Positions 28,567 through 37,671 of a stretch of 48,589 nt of DNA are shown piece by piece. The notes beneath the pieces are model-generated. The model made no database searches, was not told where the DNA came from, and saw only the letters and a list, made by a program, of their open reading frames with translations. Source of the DNA: a virus (Duplodnaviria; Caudoviricetes); IMG/VR virus record IMGVR_UViG_3300023179_000164, positions 1 to 48,589 of that record; one strand, written 5' to 3'. Position 1 is the first letter of the stretch; every line of letters starts with the position of its first letter. The position numbers and the translations under genes are program-made.

Positions 28567-30216
28567 ATGAAGATAACTGAAATCGAACGCCCTAGAAATA
28601 AAAATCAATACCTTTATGAAGGGTTGAATAAATCTGCTCAGAGATCCATGATGCTCTGGGAATACGCCGGCGGCTCCCTGATGGCGGCACAGTTGACTGC
28701 AGATCAGATCAATCAGATATTCCAACAAGTACAAAACGACAAATCCAATCGCACTGCCATTGGTCGCGCCGTGGATGTTCCCAAGGCTGTTTTCGCTGCA
28801 TACGATGACCTCAAGCAGCAGGCCCTGAATAGCAACATCATGAAAAACTTTGATGCCATCTACGATCAAGCCGCAGAAAAACTCAAACAGGCCACTGGTG
28901 GTGATCAGGGTGCCATGCAGTATGTGCAAAAATATCGTGACTTTGCCAAAAAGCACCCCATAGCACAGGGACTCATCTATTCGGCACTGATTGCTGCAGC
29001 AGGTATCAGTGGCGCAGGACTGGGCGGAGCTGCTGCGTTGGGCTTGTTTAAAATGGTAGACAAACTACTACAGGGAGAAAAATTTAGCCAGGCAGCCGTT
29101 GCAGGTGCCGAAACCGGCGCCATGGCCTATGCCGCAGGGCAAATTGGCAAGGCCATGCAAGGACATTCTGGCGCTGCTGGGCAACCTACTCCCGCACAGG
29201 GGCATTCTGCTGCACAAGTGCAAACTGCTCCTGCAGCAGGCGATCCCGGTCAAATTATACAGCAAACTGTGACTACCCCTGCTGGCGAGGCCCTGGGCAA
29301 TCTAGGTCGCGGGGTTACCGCCAGCATGAGAAACTACATTGCCAGTAAGTATTCTCCAGAAAATGTATTTTTTCAAAATGATGGCGGTACCCTGTATATA
29401 TTTGACAAACTCACTAGACAGCCAATTGAGTCATTGGCATTATTTCAACAGTTGGGAGAAAGTTATCAATTTACAGAAAGCAACATGGTATTGTTGTGTT
29501 TGAAATTAGAAAAACAACAAATGTTGAAAGAAGGTATACTAGATGGACTTAAAGGTGCTGCGGGAGCAGTTGAAAAAGGTCTGGGCGCCGTCGGCTCAGG
29601 GTTGGGAAAAGTTGGCCGTGCATTCACAGCCAAAGTTTCCAGTGATAGACTGATGCAGGCCTGGCATGCGGCTGGGAAACCTACGGATTCCGTGGCTATT
29701 GCCGATATTCTGAGAAAAGAGGGAGTCGGCGAAGAAGTTATCCAGACCGTTTTTCAATCTAACAATATTCCGTATGCAGCACCCGCAGCAACGCCCGCAG
29801 TAGCAACGCCCGCAGCAACACCAGCAGAAGCACCAGCAGCAGAGCCTGCACCCACTCCTGCAGCAACACCGTCAACAAGGCCCGCCCCTGCGGCGACACC
29901 CGCAGCAACACACACATCCGCAGCAGCACCTGCGACAACGTCAACAATGCAAGTGGGGCAAATTAATAAAATTTTACCAACCTTAAAAACTAGAGACTTA
30001 CAGAGCCTTAAAAAATTTGTTGACACTGTACTAGCAAAAAAGGGTAGCACTACTGTGTCTGCACCTGCGCCTACGATGACACCAGCACCATCTACTTCAG
30101 CACCATCCCCCGCATCACAGTCAGCAGAGCCGTCAATGAGTGACCTCTTACGTCAACGTCGAGCACAGGGGTTGCCAGAATCAAAAGCTCAGAAAAAAAT
30201 AATCAGGCATAAATAA
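28567..30216 (+). CDS. Putative internal head/virion protein
   Basis: MKITEI leader; LYEG/LKEG sites; Gly/Ala hydrophobic segment; AP/AT linker; LKTRDLQSLKKFVD motif. Confidence 0.55.
   Translation: MKITEIERPRNKNQYLYEGLNKSAQRSMMLWEYAGGSLMAAQLTADQINQIFQQVQNDKSNRTAIGRAVDVPKAVFAAYDDLKQQALNSNIMKNFDAIYDQAAEKLKQATGGDQGAMQYVQKYRDFAKKHPIAQGLIYSALIAAAGISGAGLGGAAALGLFKMVDKLLQGEKFSQAAVAGAETGAMAYAAGQIGKAMQGHSGAAGQPTPAQGHSAAQVQTAPAAGDPGQIIQQTVTTPAGEALGNLGRGVTASMRNYIASKYSPENVFFQNDGGTLYIFDKLTRQPIESLALFQQLGESYQFTESNMVLLCLKLEKQQMLKEGILDGLKGAAGAVEKGLGAVGSGLGKVGRAFTAKVSSDRLMQAWHAAGKPTDSVAIADILRKEGVGEEVIQTVFQSNNIPYAAPAATPAVATPAATPAEAPAAEPAPTPAATPSTRPAPAATPAATHTSAAAPATTSTMQVGQINKILPTLKTRDLQSLKKFVDTVLAKKGSTTVSAPAPTMTPAPSTSAPSPASQSAEPSMSDLLRQRRAQGLPESKAQKKIIRHK
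29776..29945 (+). repeat. Low-complexity Ala/Pro/Thr linker (PAATPA repeats)
   Basis: Repeated cccgcagcaac units. Confidence 0.7.
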
Positions 30217-30255
30217 TTACAAGCGCGAAAGCGTAACAAAATTAGGAGAAATAAA

Positions 30256-30612
30256 ATGGCATCATTCACAAGAGTAAACGGCTATGCAGCACCAGGAGAA
30301 TTTATCGGACGCGACGTTAAGTTCGTCAAGTGCGCAGCAACAGGTTTGGAAACAGCATACGACGCAGCAGAAAGCAACTTCGAAAAGGTTGTTCGCGTTC
30401 TGGAAAAGTTCTGCACAGTCACCATCGTTGGTACACCAGCTTCAGGCAACTGCATGTTCATGGTAGAAGGTTTGCCATCAGGCTCAGTTACTGACGTCAC
30501 CGGCACATCAGCAGCCATCGCCACAGTGCTAGCAACTGACGCTGACGCAGCCAGTGGTTTGACCACAACCTGGACCATCTACAACGGTCTAAGTGGCAAC
30601 ACATTCGCTTAA
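30256..30612 (+). CDS. Probable abundant virion structural protein
   Basis: CATAAATA (30208-30215), AGGAG RBS, biased codon use, own terminator. Confidence 0.6.
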   Translation: MASFTRVNGYAAPGEFIGRDVKFVKCAATGLETAYDAAESNFEKVVRVLEKFCTVTIVGTPASGNCMFMVEGLPSGSVTDVTGTSAAIATVLATDADAASGLTTTWTIYNGLSGNTFA

Positions 30613-30627
30613 TAGTTAGCCAACCCC

Positions 30628-30656
30628 AAAAAGCACGGCCCAGCCGTGCTTTTTTT
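30628..30656 (+). terminator. Rho-independent (possibly bidirectional) terminator
   Basis: AAAAAGCACGG-cccag-CCGTGCTTTTTTT. Confidence 0.88.
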
Positions 30657-30688
30657 ATGATCACAAAAAAACGATAAATAAGTTTACC

Positions 30689-31129
30689 ATGCATTTTGAA
30701 GACCAACGAATACACCGCCATCGAATCTATACTCTGATAGACATTACCAAAACTGGAGTCACATCCAATAACCCAGAATACCAGCGCATGCGAAACAAGC
30801 AACGCAACTGGGAAACTGTGATACAAATGCTCAGCATGCGAACACAGTTGTTGGGTGTGAGAATTCTCAAGACAGAAAAGTCAGATGTCAAGAATTTCGA
30901 TTTTGGTGAAGATTACAAAGGCAAACACAGAATTTGGGCGTTTGAGTTTGACGTTGAGTATGCTGACTTGTATCTGAAATCTGATGACAATTACGGGGTG
31001 TTAAAAAGTGACTTTGCACAGACTCCGGTGGTAACAGGGCTGGATGAAACTGTTGATCTGCCCATGGCCTTGTTTTATACCACGGGCCCTGGCAAAAACA
31101 TATACTTTACTGACGCCACTCAGATATAA
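30689..31129 (+). CDS. Conserved late hypothetical protein
   Basis: GATAAATA 8 nt upstream; YTLIDITKTG..RNKQRNWETVIQMLSMR. Confidence 0.7.
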   Translation: MHFEDQRIHRHRIYTLIDITKTGVTSNNPEYQRMRNKQRNWETVIQMLSMRTQLLGVRILKTEKSDVKNFDFGEDYKGKHRIWAFEFDVEYADLYLKSDDNYGVLKSDFAQTPVVTGLDETVDLPMALFYTTGPGKNIYFTDATQI

Positions 31130-31132
31130 ATA
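31125..31132 (+). promoter_or_regulatory. T4-type late promoter
   Basis: TATAAATA. Confidence 0.7.
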
Positions 31133-31133
31133 C

Positions 31134-31198
31134 TTCAGATGCTCGGGCATTCATCAAGGCACATATCAAGGCACAACTCTGGCACATCTGAAGGCATC
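31134..31198 (+). repeat. Five GGCA boxes at 11-12 bp spacing overlapping an 8-bp inverted repeat
   Basis: GGCA at 31146, 31158, 31170, 31181, 31193; TTCAGATG (31134-41) / CATCTGAA (31185-92). Confidence 0.8.
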
Positions 31199-31220
31199 GC
31201 TTGTAACTGAAAGCGATATT

Positions 31221-31487
31221 ATGTCAACCACTACTGAGATTGAAAAACAAAATCTAGAAGCCCACGTTGAACTTTGTGCTGAAAGGTACAAGAACTTGGA
31301 AACCAAACTAGAAAATCTTGAGTCACGCATGGACAAACTTGAGTCGCACATTGTTGACATCAAAGACGCGGTCACCAGTAAATTAAATGACGGAAACAAA
31401 CAGACCATAAGCATTTTTACCTCAATAGGTGCTGCTATCCTGGCGGCATTCCTTGGATTTGTCTGTAACAGTATTTTAAATAAATAG
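31221..31487 (+). CDS. Coiled-coil protein with C-terminal TM helix (XhlA/holin-like architecture)
   Basis: LEAHVELCAERY, heptads, then ISIFTSIGAAILAAFLGFV. Confidence 0.65.
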   Translation: MSTTTEIEKQNLEAHVELCAERYKNLETKLENLESRMDKLESHIVDIKDAVTSKLNDGNKQTISIFTSIGAAILAAFLGFVCNSILNK

Positions 31488-31527
31488 CAATAAAAACTAA
31501 AAGTTACAATATTAAAACTGTTACAAT

Positions 31528-31734
31528 ATGAAAATTGTAGAACTAACCACCAAAATCCTGATGCCCATCACCAATGAAGAAAGCCAACTGTTGGATCGCT
31601 TCAGTGATGGTGAAATTCTATCAAAAAACCAACTCAACGAAAGAGAACAGTTATTGGCCAATCAGTTGACTGTTCGAGACGTTCTATTACGTACCAATGA
31701 AAACGGCAAAATCCATTACAGAAAACGCATCTGA
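31528..31734 (+). CDS. Small late protein
   Basis: MKIVEL leader; LNEREQLLANQL. Confidence 0.65.
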   Translation: MKIVELTTKILMPITNEESQLLDRFSDGEILSKNQLNEREQLLANQLTVRDVLLRTNENGKIHYRKRI

Positions 31735-32188
31735 AGAATTTGAACTGGAAAAAATTCGCAGATTCACCGAATCCGAGTTAGCCAAACTCAGTCACAGCGA
31801 TCTGCCATTTTGCTATCAGATTGGCACTGATGTGCTGGTGGGCAAAAGTCGAGTAATCAAAATTGACACAGACTGCTGGCGTGTTTTTGTGCAGGGCCAA
31901 CAAATTTTTGATTTTTTCCATCGCAAAGATGCCATCTTTTATTGTATTGCAGTGCATCAGAAACAAAATGCTGTGGCCAACGAAATAATAAAAAATGATC
32001 AGGCATTGTCCACTCTGGAATTCGAAGCAGCATTGTATCGACACAGATATCGCCGTGCTGCCGAGATTTCGGATACCTGGGCCAGGGAGTATTACAGTAA
32101 TAAATATAATGAAGTAACTCTCCGAATAAACTACACCAAAAAAGAACTGAAAAAAAACTTTGATTTGGCTAAATATACTAAATTGTAA
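31697..32188 (+). CDS. Hypothetical protein
   Basis: 163-aa ORF in the late operon. Confidence 0.6.
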   Translation: MKTAKSITENASEEFELEKIRRFTESELAKLSHSDLPFCYQIGTDVLVGKSRVIKIDTDCWRVFVQGQQIFDFFHRKDAIFYCIAVHQKQNAVANEIIKNDQALSTLEFEAALYRHRYRRAAEISDTWAREYYSNKYNEVTLRINYTKKELKKNFDLAKYTKL

Positions 32189-32202
32189 TTGGAACCATCA
32201 CC

Positions 32203-32892
32203 ATGAGACTAACAGAAGTTGCAAAAACCACAAGTAAAAGAATCAACAAGTTGATGGAAAGTCGTTTCGGCTTTGCCATTGATTTCCGTAAGCTCACCGT
32301 TGAGCGTGCTGAGAAACTCAGTGAGACCATTGATAACAATTTGAACAAAATTCGTTACAGTGTGGACATTCACACTGCAGAACGCAATCCACGCTACATG
32401 GAATTGCTGACTGTTCGAGAAAGTCTGGACGCCTGGTTAAGTGAACAACGCACACAACTCAACGAGGGCGAGGTCGGCAATGCCGAAGTTCTCCTGGCCG
32501 CCAAAGACATGGTGGATTCAATTCAAGACGCCATTGAAAAAGTTGGCAAAATGCAGAATGAGCAACTGCCACAGTTGTTGGACAGTATTCGTGATCAGAT
32601 CGGCTCAGAGCAAGCAGAAGGATTCAAGAATGCGGTGGGTGAAACACTATCAACACTCATGCAGAATTTACAAACTGCCCGTGAAGGTGTTGACAATGGT
32701 GTTAGAATTCTCAGCGGAGAGGCAGTGGATCAGCCCATGGCCATGCCAGCCACTGGTGATCAGACTGGCATGGATGCCAGTATGACTCCACCAGCGCCCG
32801 AGAGTGATCTGGATTCTGATGAAACCGACGGATTTGGGGCAACCGACGCTGCTGTGGGTGGTGTTGAGGAATTGGGCAGAGAACGTCGTTAA
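32203..32892 (+). CDS. Putative head scaffold/internal protein
   Basis: MRLTEV leader; LNEG; AEVLLAAKDMVD; acidic tail ending LGRERR. Confidence 0.55.
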   Translation: MRLTEVAKTTSKRINKLMESRFGFAIDFRKLTVERAEKLSETIDNNLNKIRYSVDIHTAERNPRYMELLTVRESLDAWLSEQRTQLNEGEVGNAEVLLAAKDMVDSIQDAIEKVGKMQNEQLPQLLDSIRDQIGSEQAEGFKNAVGETLSTLMQNLQTAREGVDNGVRILSGEAVDQPMAMPATGDQTGMDASMTPPAPESDLDSDETDGFGATDAAVGGVEELGRERR

Positions 32893-32893
32893 T

Positions 32894-33265
32894 ATGCGAC
32901 TCAGAGAATTTGATAACTCTGGATCTGACCCGTCAGTGGCAAGCCTGGTGACGGCTCTGGAGTTGATCCGAAATCGATATCAGCACGAGAATAAACCACC
33001 AAAAATCAGCACACAGAGTCTGATAAATCTTGTCATAAACACTGACAAAAACTTTAATTATGATGCACTAGTGTCTGCCAACGAGCACAATGATACAGTT
33101 CGAAATCTCATCAAAAGTTTTAATCGCAAATACGTAGAATTGACGACAGATTCTGAATCTGACGCTCCCACTACAAATGTCGGTGATCAGGCGACAACAG
33201 GCCCAGTTGACACTGTCGCCAGCATGGCCAAACGAGCTGCCAAAGAGCGCGGTGCCTCTATATAA
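32894..33265 (+). CDS. Putative head-associated protein
   Basis: MRLREF leader; C-terminal VASMAKRA. Confidence 0.55.
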   Translation: MRLREFDNSGSDPSVASLVTALELIRNRYQHENKPPKISTQSLINLVINTDKNFNYDALVSANEHNDTVRNLIKSFNRKYVELTTDSESDAPTTNVGDQATTGPVDTVASMAKRAAKERGASI

Positions 33266-33286
33266 TTTGGTACACTAATACTGGAT

Positions 33287-33294
33287 TATAAATA
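33287..33294 (+). promoter_or_regulatory. T4-type late promoter
   Basis: TATAAATA. Confidence 0.65.
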
Positions 33295-33357
33295 CCCTGT
33301 GGTGCACTTTTGTTCTATTAGAGCCATAATTCGGCTTCTTTTTTTTATAGATATGTC

Positions 33358-34572
33358 ATGGATGAACTGATTAAAAATAAAAATTTCTGTGTGATCCCAT
33401 TTACACGCCAGACATTGTGGTATGCTGGTAGTTATAAATTATGTTGCTACACTGGTGGTGAAGATATCTCGCAAGAACAGAATAATAGAAGAAGTTTTAA
33501 CAGTGATCAATTAAAAAAAATTAGAAATGAGTTTCTCAACGGGAACTATCCCAACGAATGCATGAGGTGCAAGAATTTATCAGATAAAGATCTTGTTCCT
33601 CCCAATGTGCATGAAAATTCTTCCTGGCTTTCTAGTAAAGAAAAACATCGGGCTCTGGTTAAAAACATCTTGGAATTTTCTCAGGGAAAAGAAATTTTGC
33701 CCCAGATGTTAGACATAAGATTTAGTAATGTCTGCAATCTGAAGTGTAGAACCTGTAATCCAGCAAATAGCAGTGCTATTCAGGCTGAATATAATATACA
33801 TTTTCAAAACAACAATATGAAAAAATTCAATGTTGGTCAGATCAAACAAAAATATTATCATAATATTGATGATATGGATGACGATTTTTTTCGAATTTAT
33901 TTTGCAGGTGGGGAGCCTCTACTGGAACAATATAATTTAAATTTTTTAGAATCCTACAACAATTTGGATACCGAAATAATTATAAACACAAACTTAACTA
34001 TTTTAAATGTCCGAATTATTCAAATTCTTTCTAGATTCAAAGATGTCAAATTGATGGTTTCTCTTGATGGAACGTCCGCAGTAAACGATTACATAAGACA
34101 CGGCTCAAATTTTGAAAACATAATTGAAAATATTCGCATAGTTAATAAATTAGAAAATGTTCAAATAGTTGTTAATTTTGTTTTAAACATGTATAACGTT
34201 TTTGACATAAAGAATTTTTTTCAATATTTTGAAACCAATTTTCCAGACTTAGTGTCGCATATTAGTATTTGTCCGATCAGTATTGAAAAAGAATTATTTT
34301 TGGAATGTATGCCCGCCGAACTCAGATCGGAAGCCATTGAAATTTTAAAATCATGTTTGGGTCTAACGGAGCACAGTCAGTATATTTTGCAAGATAGTAT
34401 AAAAATATTAGAGCAAGATAATTTTAATCAATCCGAATTTGATAATTTTATAAAATATTCTCTTGCATTGGATAAAATAAGAAATCAATCGTTAATTACA
34501 GTTGTCCCCCAATTTAGTCCATACGTAGATTTGCACAAAGAAGATAATTTAAAGTTAGTAAATGTAATTTGA
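33358..34572 (+). CDS. Radical SAM protein with N-terminal twitch/SPASM-like Cys cluster
   Basis: FCVIPF, LCC, ECMRC; SNVCNLKCRTC; FAGGEPL, INTN, VSLDG, YIRHG. Confidence 0.88.
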   Translation: MDELIKNKNFCVIPFTRQTLWYAGSYKLCCYTGGEDISQEQNNRRSFNSDQLKKIRNEFLNGNYPNECMRCKNLSDKDLVPPNVHENSSWLSSKEKHRALVKNILEFSQGKEILPQMLDIRFSNVCNLKCRTCNPANSSAIQAEYNIHFQNNNMKKFNVGQIKQKYYHNIDDMDDDFFRIYFAGGEPLLEQYNLNFLESYNNLDTEIIINTNLTILNVRIIQILSRFKDVKLMVSLDGTSAVNDYIRHGSNFENIIENIRIVNKLENVQIVVNFVLNMYNVFDIKNFFQYFETNFPDLVSHISICPISIEKELFLECMPAELRSEAIEILKSCLGLTEHSQYILQDSIKILEQDNFNQSEFDNFIKYSLALDKIRNQSLITVVPQFSPYVDLHKEDNLKLVNVI

Positions 34573-34644
34573 TCTTTCGAGTATTAATTTATCATTCATA
34601 AATAATTTATAGTGTAAAATCATACCATTGGGGGGAGAGCATCC

Positions 34645-35031
34645 ATGGCCTATTCAGACAAAGTGATTGACCATTATGAGAATCCCAGAAATGTGGGAAG
34701 TTTTGACCAAGACGACATTGGGGTGGGCACCGGCATGGTGGGAGCCCCGGCTTGTGGTGATGTAATGAAACTACAGATAAAAGTCAATGATTCAGGCATT
34801 ATTGAAGATGCGAAATTTAAAACCTACGGTTGCGGTTCGGCCATTGCAAGTTCATCACTCGTAACGGAATGGCTCAAGGGCAAGACACTGGATCAAGCAG
34901 CCACTATTAAAAATACTGAAATCGCCGAACATCTGGCACTTCCCCCGGTTAAAATACATTGCTCGATTCTTGCTGAGGATGCAATCCAGGCTGCTATAGA
35001 TGACTACAGAAAAAAACATCAAGAAGTTTAA
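34645..35031 (+). CDS. iscU: Fe-S cluster scaffold IscU
   Basis: MAYSDKVIDHYENPRNVG, APACGDVM, TYGCGSAIASSS, LPPVKIHCS. Confidence 0.97.
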   Translation: MAYSDKVIDHYENPRNVGSFDQDDIGVGTGMVGAPACGDVMKLQIKVNDSGIIEDAKFKTYGCGSAIASSSLVTEWLKGKTLDQAATIKNTEIAEHLALPPVKIHCSILAEDAIQAAIDDYRKKHQEV

Positions 35032-35055
35032 TATTCTCACAAAGGTAATAAAATA

Positions 35056-35814
35056 ATGATCGACTTATCTCTTACACAATTTGTTGTCACCACAGCTATA
35101 ATATGGTATTCCTATGGGTTGTGTTGTGGTATCTACTGTCATCGATATCTAACACACAAGCAGATTGAATTATCTGAATCAGTGATTGCAGTTTTCAAAG
35201 TCGTTCTCTGGCTTTTTATGCCCTGGTGGTCAGAAGATCGCTATGTTAGGTGGGTGGCTATGCATATTCGACATCATAACAACACCGACAAAGAAGCCGA
35301 TCCTCATTCCCCTTATCGCAAGGATGGTACTTTTATGAGTTGGGTGGAATGCAAGGAGATGCACGATCGTTTGAATCCTCGGAGTTTTTCAGAGTATACT
35401 CATTTAATGGAGAATGATAAAAAAACCAAAATTGATTATATACTTCTTAAATTTGAACGAATTGTAAACGGAAGATCATTGTCCGCAGTAATATTGACTT
35501 TGCTATTTGGATTTCCTGGAACAATAATGTGGTTGATTGTTTACCACCTTGATGTCATTATAAACATGTCAGTCATTAACTATCTGTGTCATAGATTTGG
35601 GTATAACACTGAGCCAGTGACGGCAATCTCGGGGCATAGTAAAAATTTTTTACCATGGGGGTTTCTTGGTCTCGGTGAAGAACTACACGGGAATCATCAT
35701 AGACACCCTCGTCGAGCAAATTTTGGAATTAAATGGTGGGAGATAGACCCTACATACTATGTACTAATAGTCATGTCTTGGGTTGGGCTCGCAAAAATAA
35801 ACAAAAATGATTGA
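35056..35814 (+). CDS. Membrane fatty acid (acyl-CoA delta-9-like) desaturase
   Basis: His boxes HRYLTH, HIRHH, HGNHH; DPHSP; WWEIDP. Confidence 0.9.
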   Translation: MIDLSLTQFVVTTAIIWYSYGLCCGIYCHRYLTHKQIELSESVIAVFKVVLWLFMPWWSEDRYVRWVAMHIRHHNNTDKEADPHSPYRKDGTFMSWVECKEMHDRLNPRSFSEYTHLMENDKKTKIDYILLKFERIVNGRSLSAVILTLLFGFPGTIMWLIVYHLDVIINMSVINYLCHRFGYNTEPVTAISGHSKNFLPWGFLGLGEELHGNHHRHPRRANFGIKWWEIDPTYYVLIVMSWVGLAKINKND

Positions 35815-35974
35815 AAGTCCTTGCATTGGTATCTGTCAGTATAACGAGCACCGCATCTGTGTGGGCTGCAAAAGAACTTACCGAGAAGTGGGCTTGTGGA
35901 ATGAGTTCACTGATCTAGAAAAACAATCTGTGCTAGACCGGATTTTTGCAAATACAAATTCTTCTGAAACGTGA
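35807..35974 (+). CDS. DUF1289-like small Cys-rich (putative Fe-S) protein, absent from the ORF track
   Basis: MIESPCIGICQYNEHRICVGCKRTYREV..W (55 aa). Confidence 0.8.
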   Translation: MIESPCIGICQYNEHRICVGCKRTYREVGLWNEFTDLEKQSVLDRIFANTNSSET

Positions 35975-37671
35975 AAAAAATATTATTTTATTTTTCTGGA
36001 ATTGTCAGTGTTGATAAGAGATTATTTGTTAGTACTGCGCACCTATATCTTAAAACTTTTATAGATATAAATTCCCCCGACTTAGCAAGTCAATTGATTT
36101 GGACTGATTCTATTCAATGGGAAATTGATGATGACGAGTTAGTTGCAATTTGTGAAAATGAAAAGATCGACATTCTTTGCACATCTCATTATATCTGGAA
36201 TCATGACAAACTGGTGTCACAACTTGCAAGAATAAAAGATAAAATTAATAAAAAAATCATAATTGTTGCTGGTGGCCCCAGTGCGGCAGTTAATACAGAT
36301 GCTGATTTTTTTAAAAAATATCCATTTTTTGATTATGCTATATATGGTCCCGGCGAACAGGCCTTTAGTGATTTAATGAGTTCTATCATCTACGGAAAAA
36401 AATTAGTCCGTGAGTTTACATCTAATCTGGCTTGGCCAGACCAAGACCGAAATGTAGTTCTTGCACCTTACAGATATGTTAAAATGATATCAAAAAGCCC
36501 ATTCGTTCACAATTCCGAAATCGTTAAGCGAATGGCATTTAACATAAAAGAAGCAGGATACCAAATTAATTTTCCCTATGAAGTAACTCGCGGGTGCCCT
36601 TATTCTTGTACCTTTTGTGATTGGAATAGTGGGTTAGGCAACAAAGTCAGTAGACGTGAAGAATCTTTTGAAGAAGAGATTGATCTATTCTTTGATATTG
36701 GGGTTAAATTAATATATTTGTCAGATGCCAACACCGGACAGTATGAAGAAGACATTGCGTTACTGGAGTATTTTGCTAAACGAAACCTAGAAGAAAAATC
36801 CCCGCTGAGAATCATGGGAAATTTCAGCAAACTCAAACAAAAAAATAACCTTAAAATTTTTCATATCATGGCCAAGGGAAAATTGGTCAATCAGGGATTT
36901 AATATTGCTTGTCAGGATATCGATCCTGAGATTTTAAAAAATATTGATCGACCAGACATTTCCTGGCAGGGGCATTGTGAAGTAATTGATGATTTGCAGA
37001 AAGCATATCCAAATATTCCCTGTCAGATTCAGTTAATTCAGGGCCTGCCTGGTCAGACAGTGACCACATGGCGACAAACATTGTCAACAGTTTCAAAAAA
37101 GAATACGATTTTGTATATTTTTATTAATGAATTGCTTGCGTCGACTCCAGCGATGATGGACCTGACATATCAGGAAAAGTTTAAATTTACATATAGTCGT
37201 AGCAAAAGATTCATGGGAGATTTATTGGCAAAAGAACAGAATGATTTTTTTCGAGGACTTTTCGCAGAAAGCTGTGTTAGTTTTACTCGTGAAGATTTTG
37301 TCAAGATGACCATAGTATCTCACTTTTACACCATGTTATGTGGTATGAAGTCCAGAACACAAGATACGTATCCAGACTGGCCCATTGAGTATATGGTTGA
37401 CGATTTTTTGCAATCAGAGCACTACCAGAGACTTAACAATAATTTAACAAACAATTGGTCCAACGATAATTTTTTTTATACTATAAATTTTGATGATACG
37501 CCAGATATTATAAGTGCTTGTGTTAATCATCACCCAGCATACCGTTGGATGAAAACTAAATTGTTAGTTAAATACTTGTCGGAATTAAATATTGACAGCA
37601 AGTTAAAACAACTTATAATTAATTACCCCTGGAATCAGGTTTATTTTTTTGATGATCACGCCTACACATGA
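35971..37671 (+). CDS. B12-binding-domain-like radical SAM protein
   Basis: SHYIWN, VAGGPS, GPGEQAF, EVTRGCPYSCTFCDW, DAN, IQGLPGQT. Confidence 0.88.
   Translation: MKKILFYFSGIVSVDKRLFVSTAHLYLKTFIDINSPDLASQLIWTDSIQWEIDDDELVAICENEKIDILCTSHYIWNHDKLVSQLARIKDKINKKIIIVAGGPSAAVNTDADFFKKYPFFDYAIYGPGEQAFSDLMSSIIYGKKLVREFTSNLAWPDQDRNVVLAPYRYVKMISKSPFVHNSEIVKRMAFNIKEAGYQINFPYEVTRGCPYSCTFCDWNSGLGNKVSRREESFEEEIDLFFDIGVKLIYLSDANTGQYEEDIALLEYFAKRNLEEKSPLRIMGNFSKLKQKNNLKIFHIMAKGKLVNQGFNIACQDIDPEILKNIDRPDISWQGHCEVIDDLQKAYPNIPCQIQLIQGLPGQTVTTWRQTLSTVSKKNTILYIFINELLASTPAMMDLTYQEKFKFTYSRSKRFMGDLLAKEQNDFFRGLFAESCVSFTREDFVKMTIVSHFYTMLCGMKSRTQDTYPDWPIEYMVDDFLQSEHYQRLNNNLTNNWSNDNFFYTINFDDTPDIISACVNHHPAYRWMKTKLLVKYLSELNIDSKLKQLIINYPWNQVYFFDDHAYT

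Noticed and set aside
31134-31198. CRISPR mini-array
   Set aside because: Repeat units are only 4-11 bp with a 12-bp period, with no spacer-sized unique sequences and no cas genes
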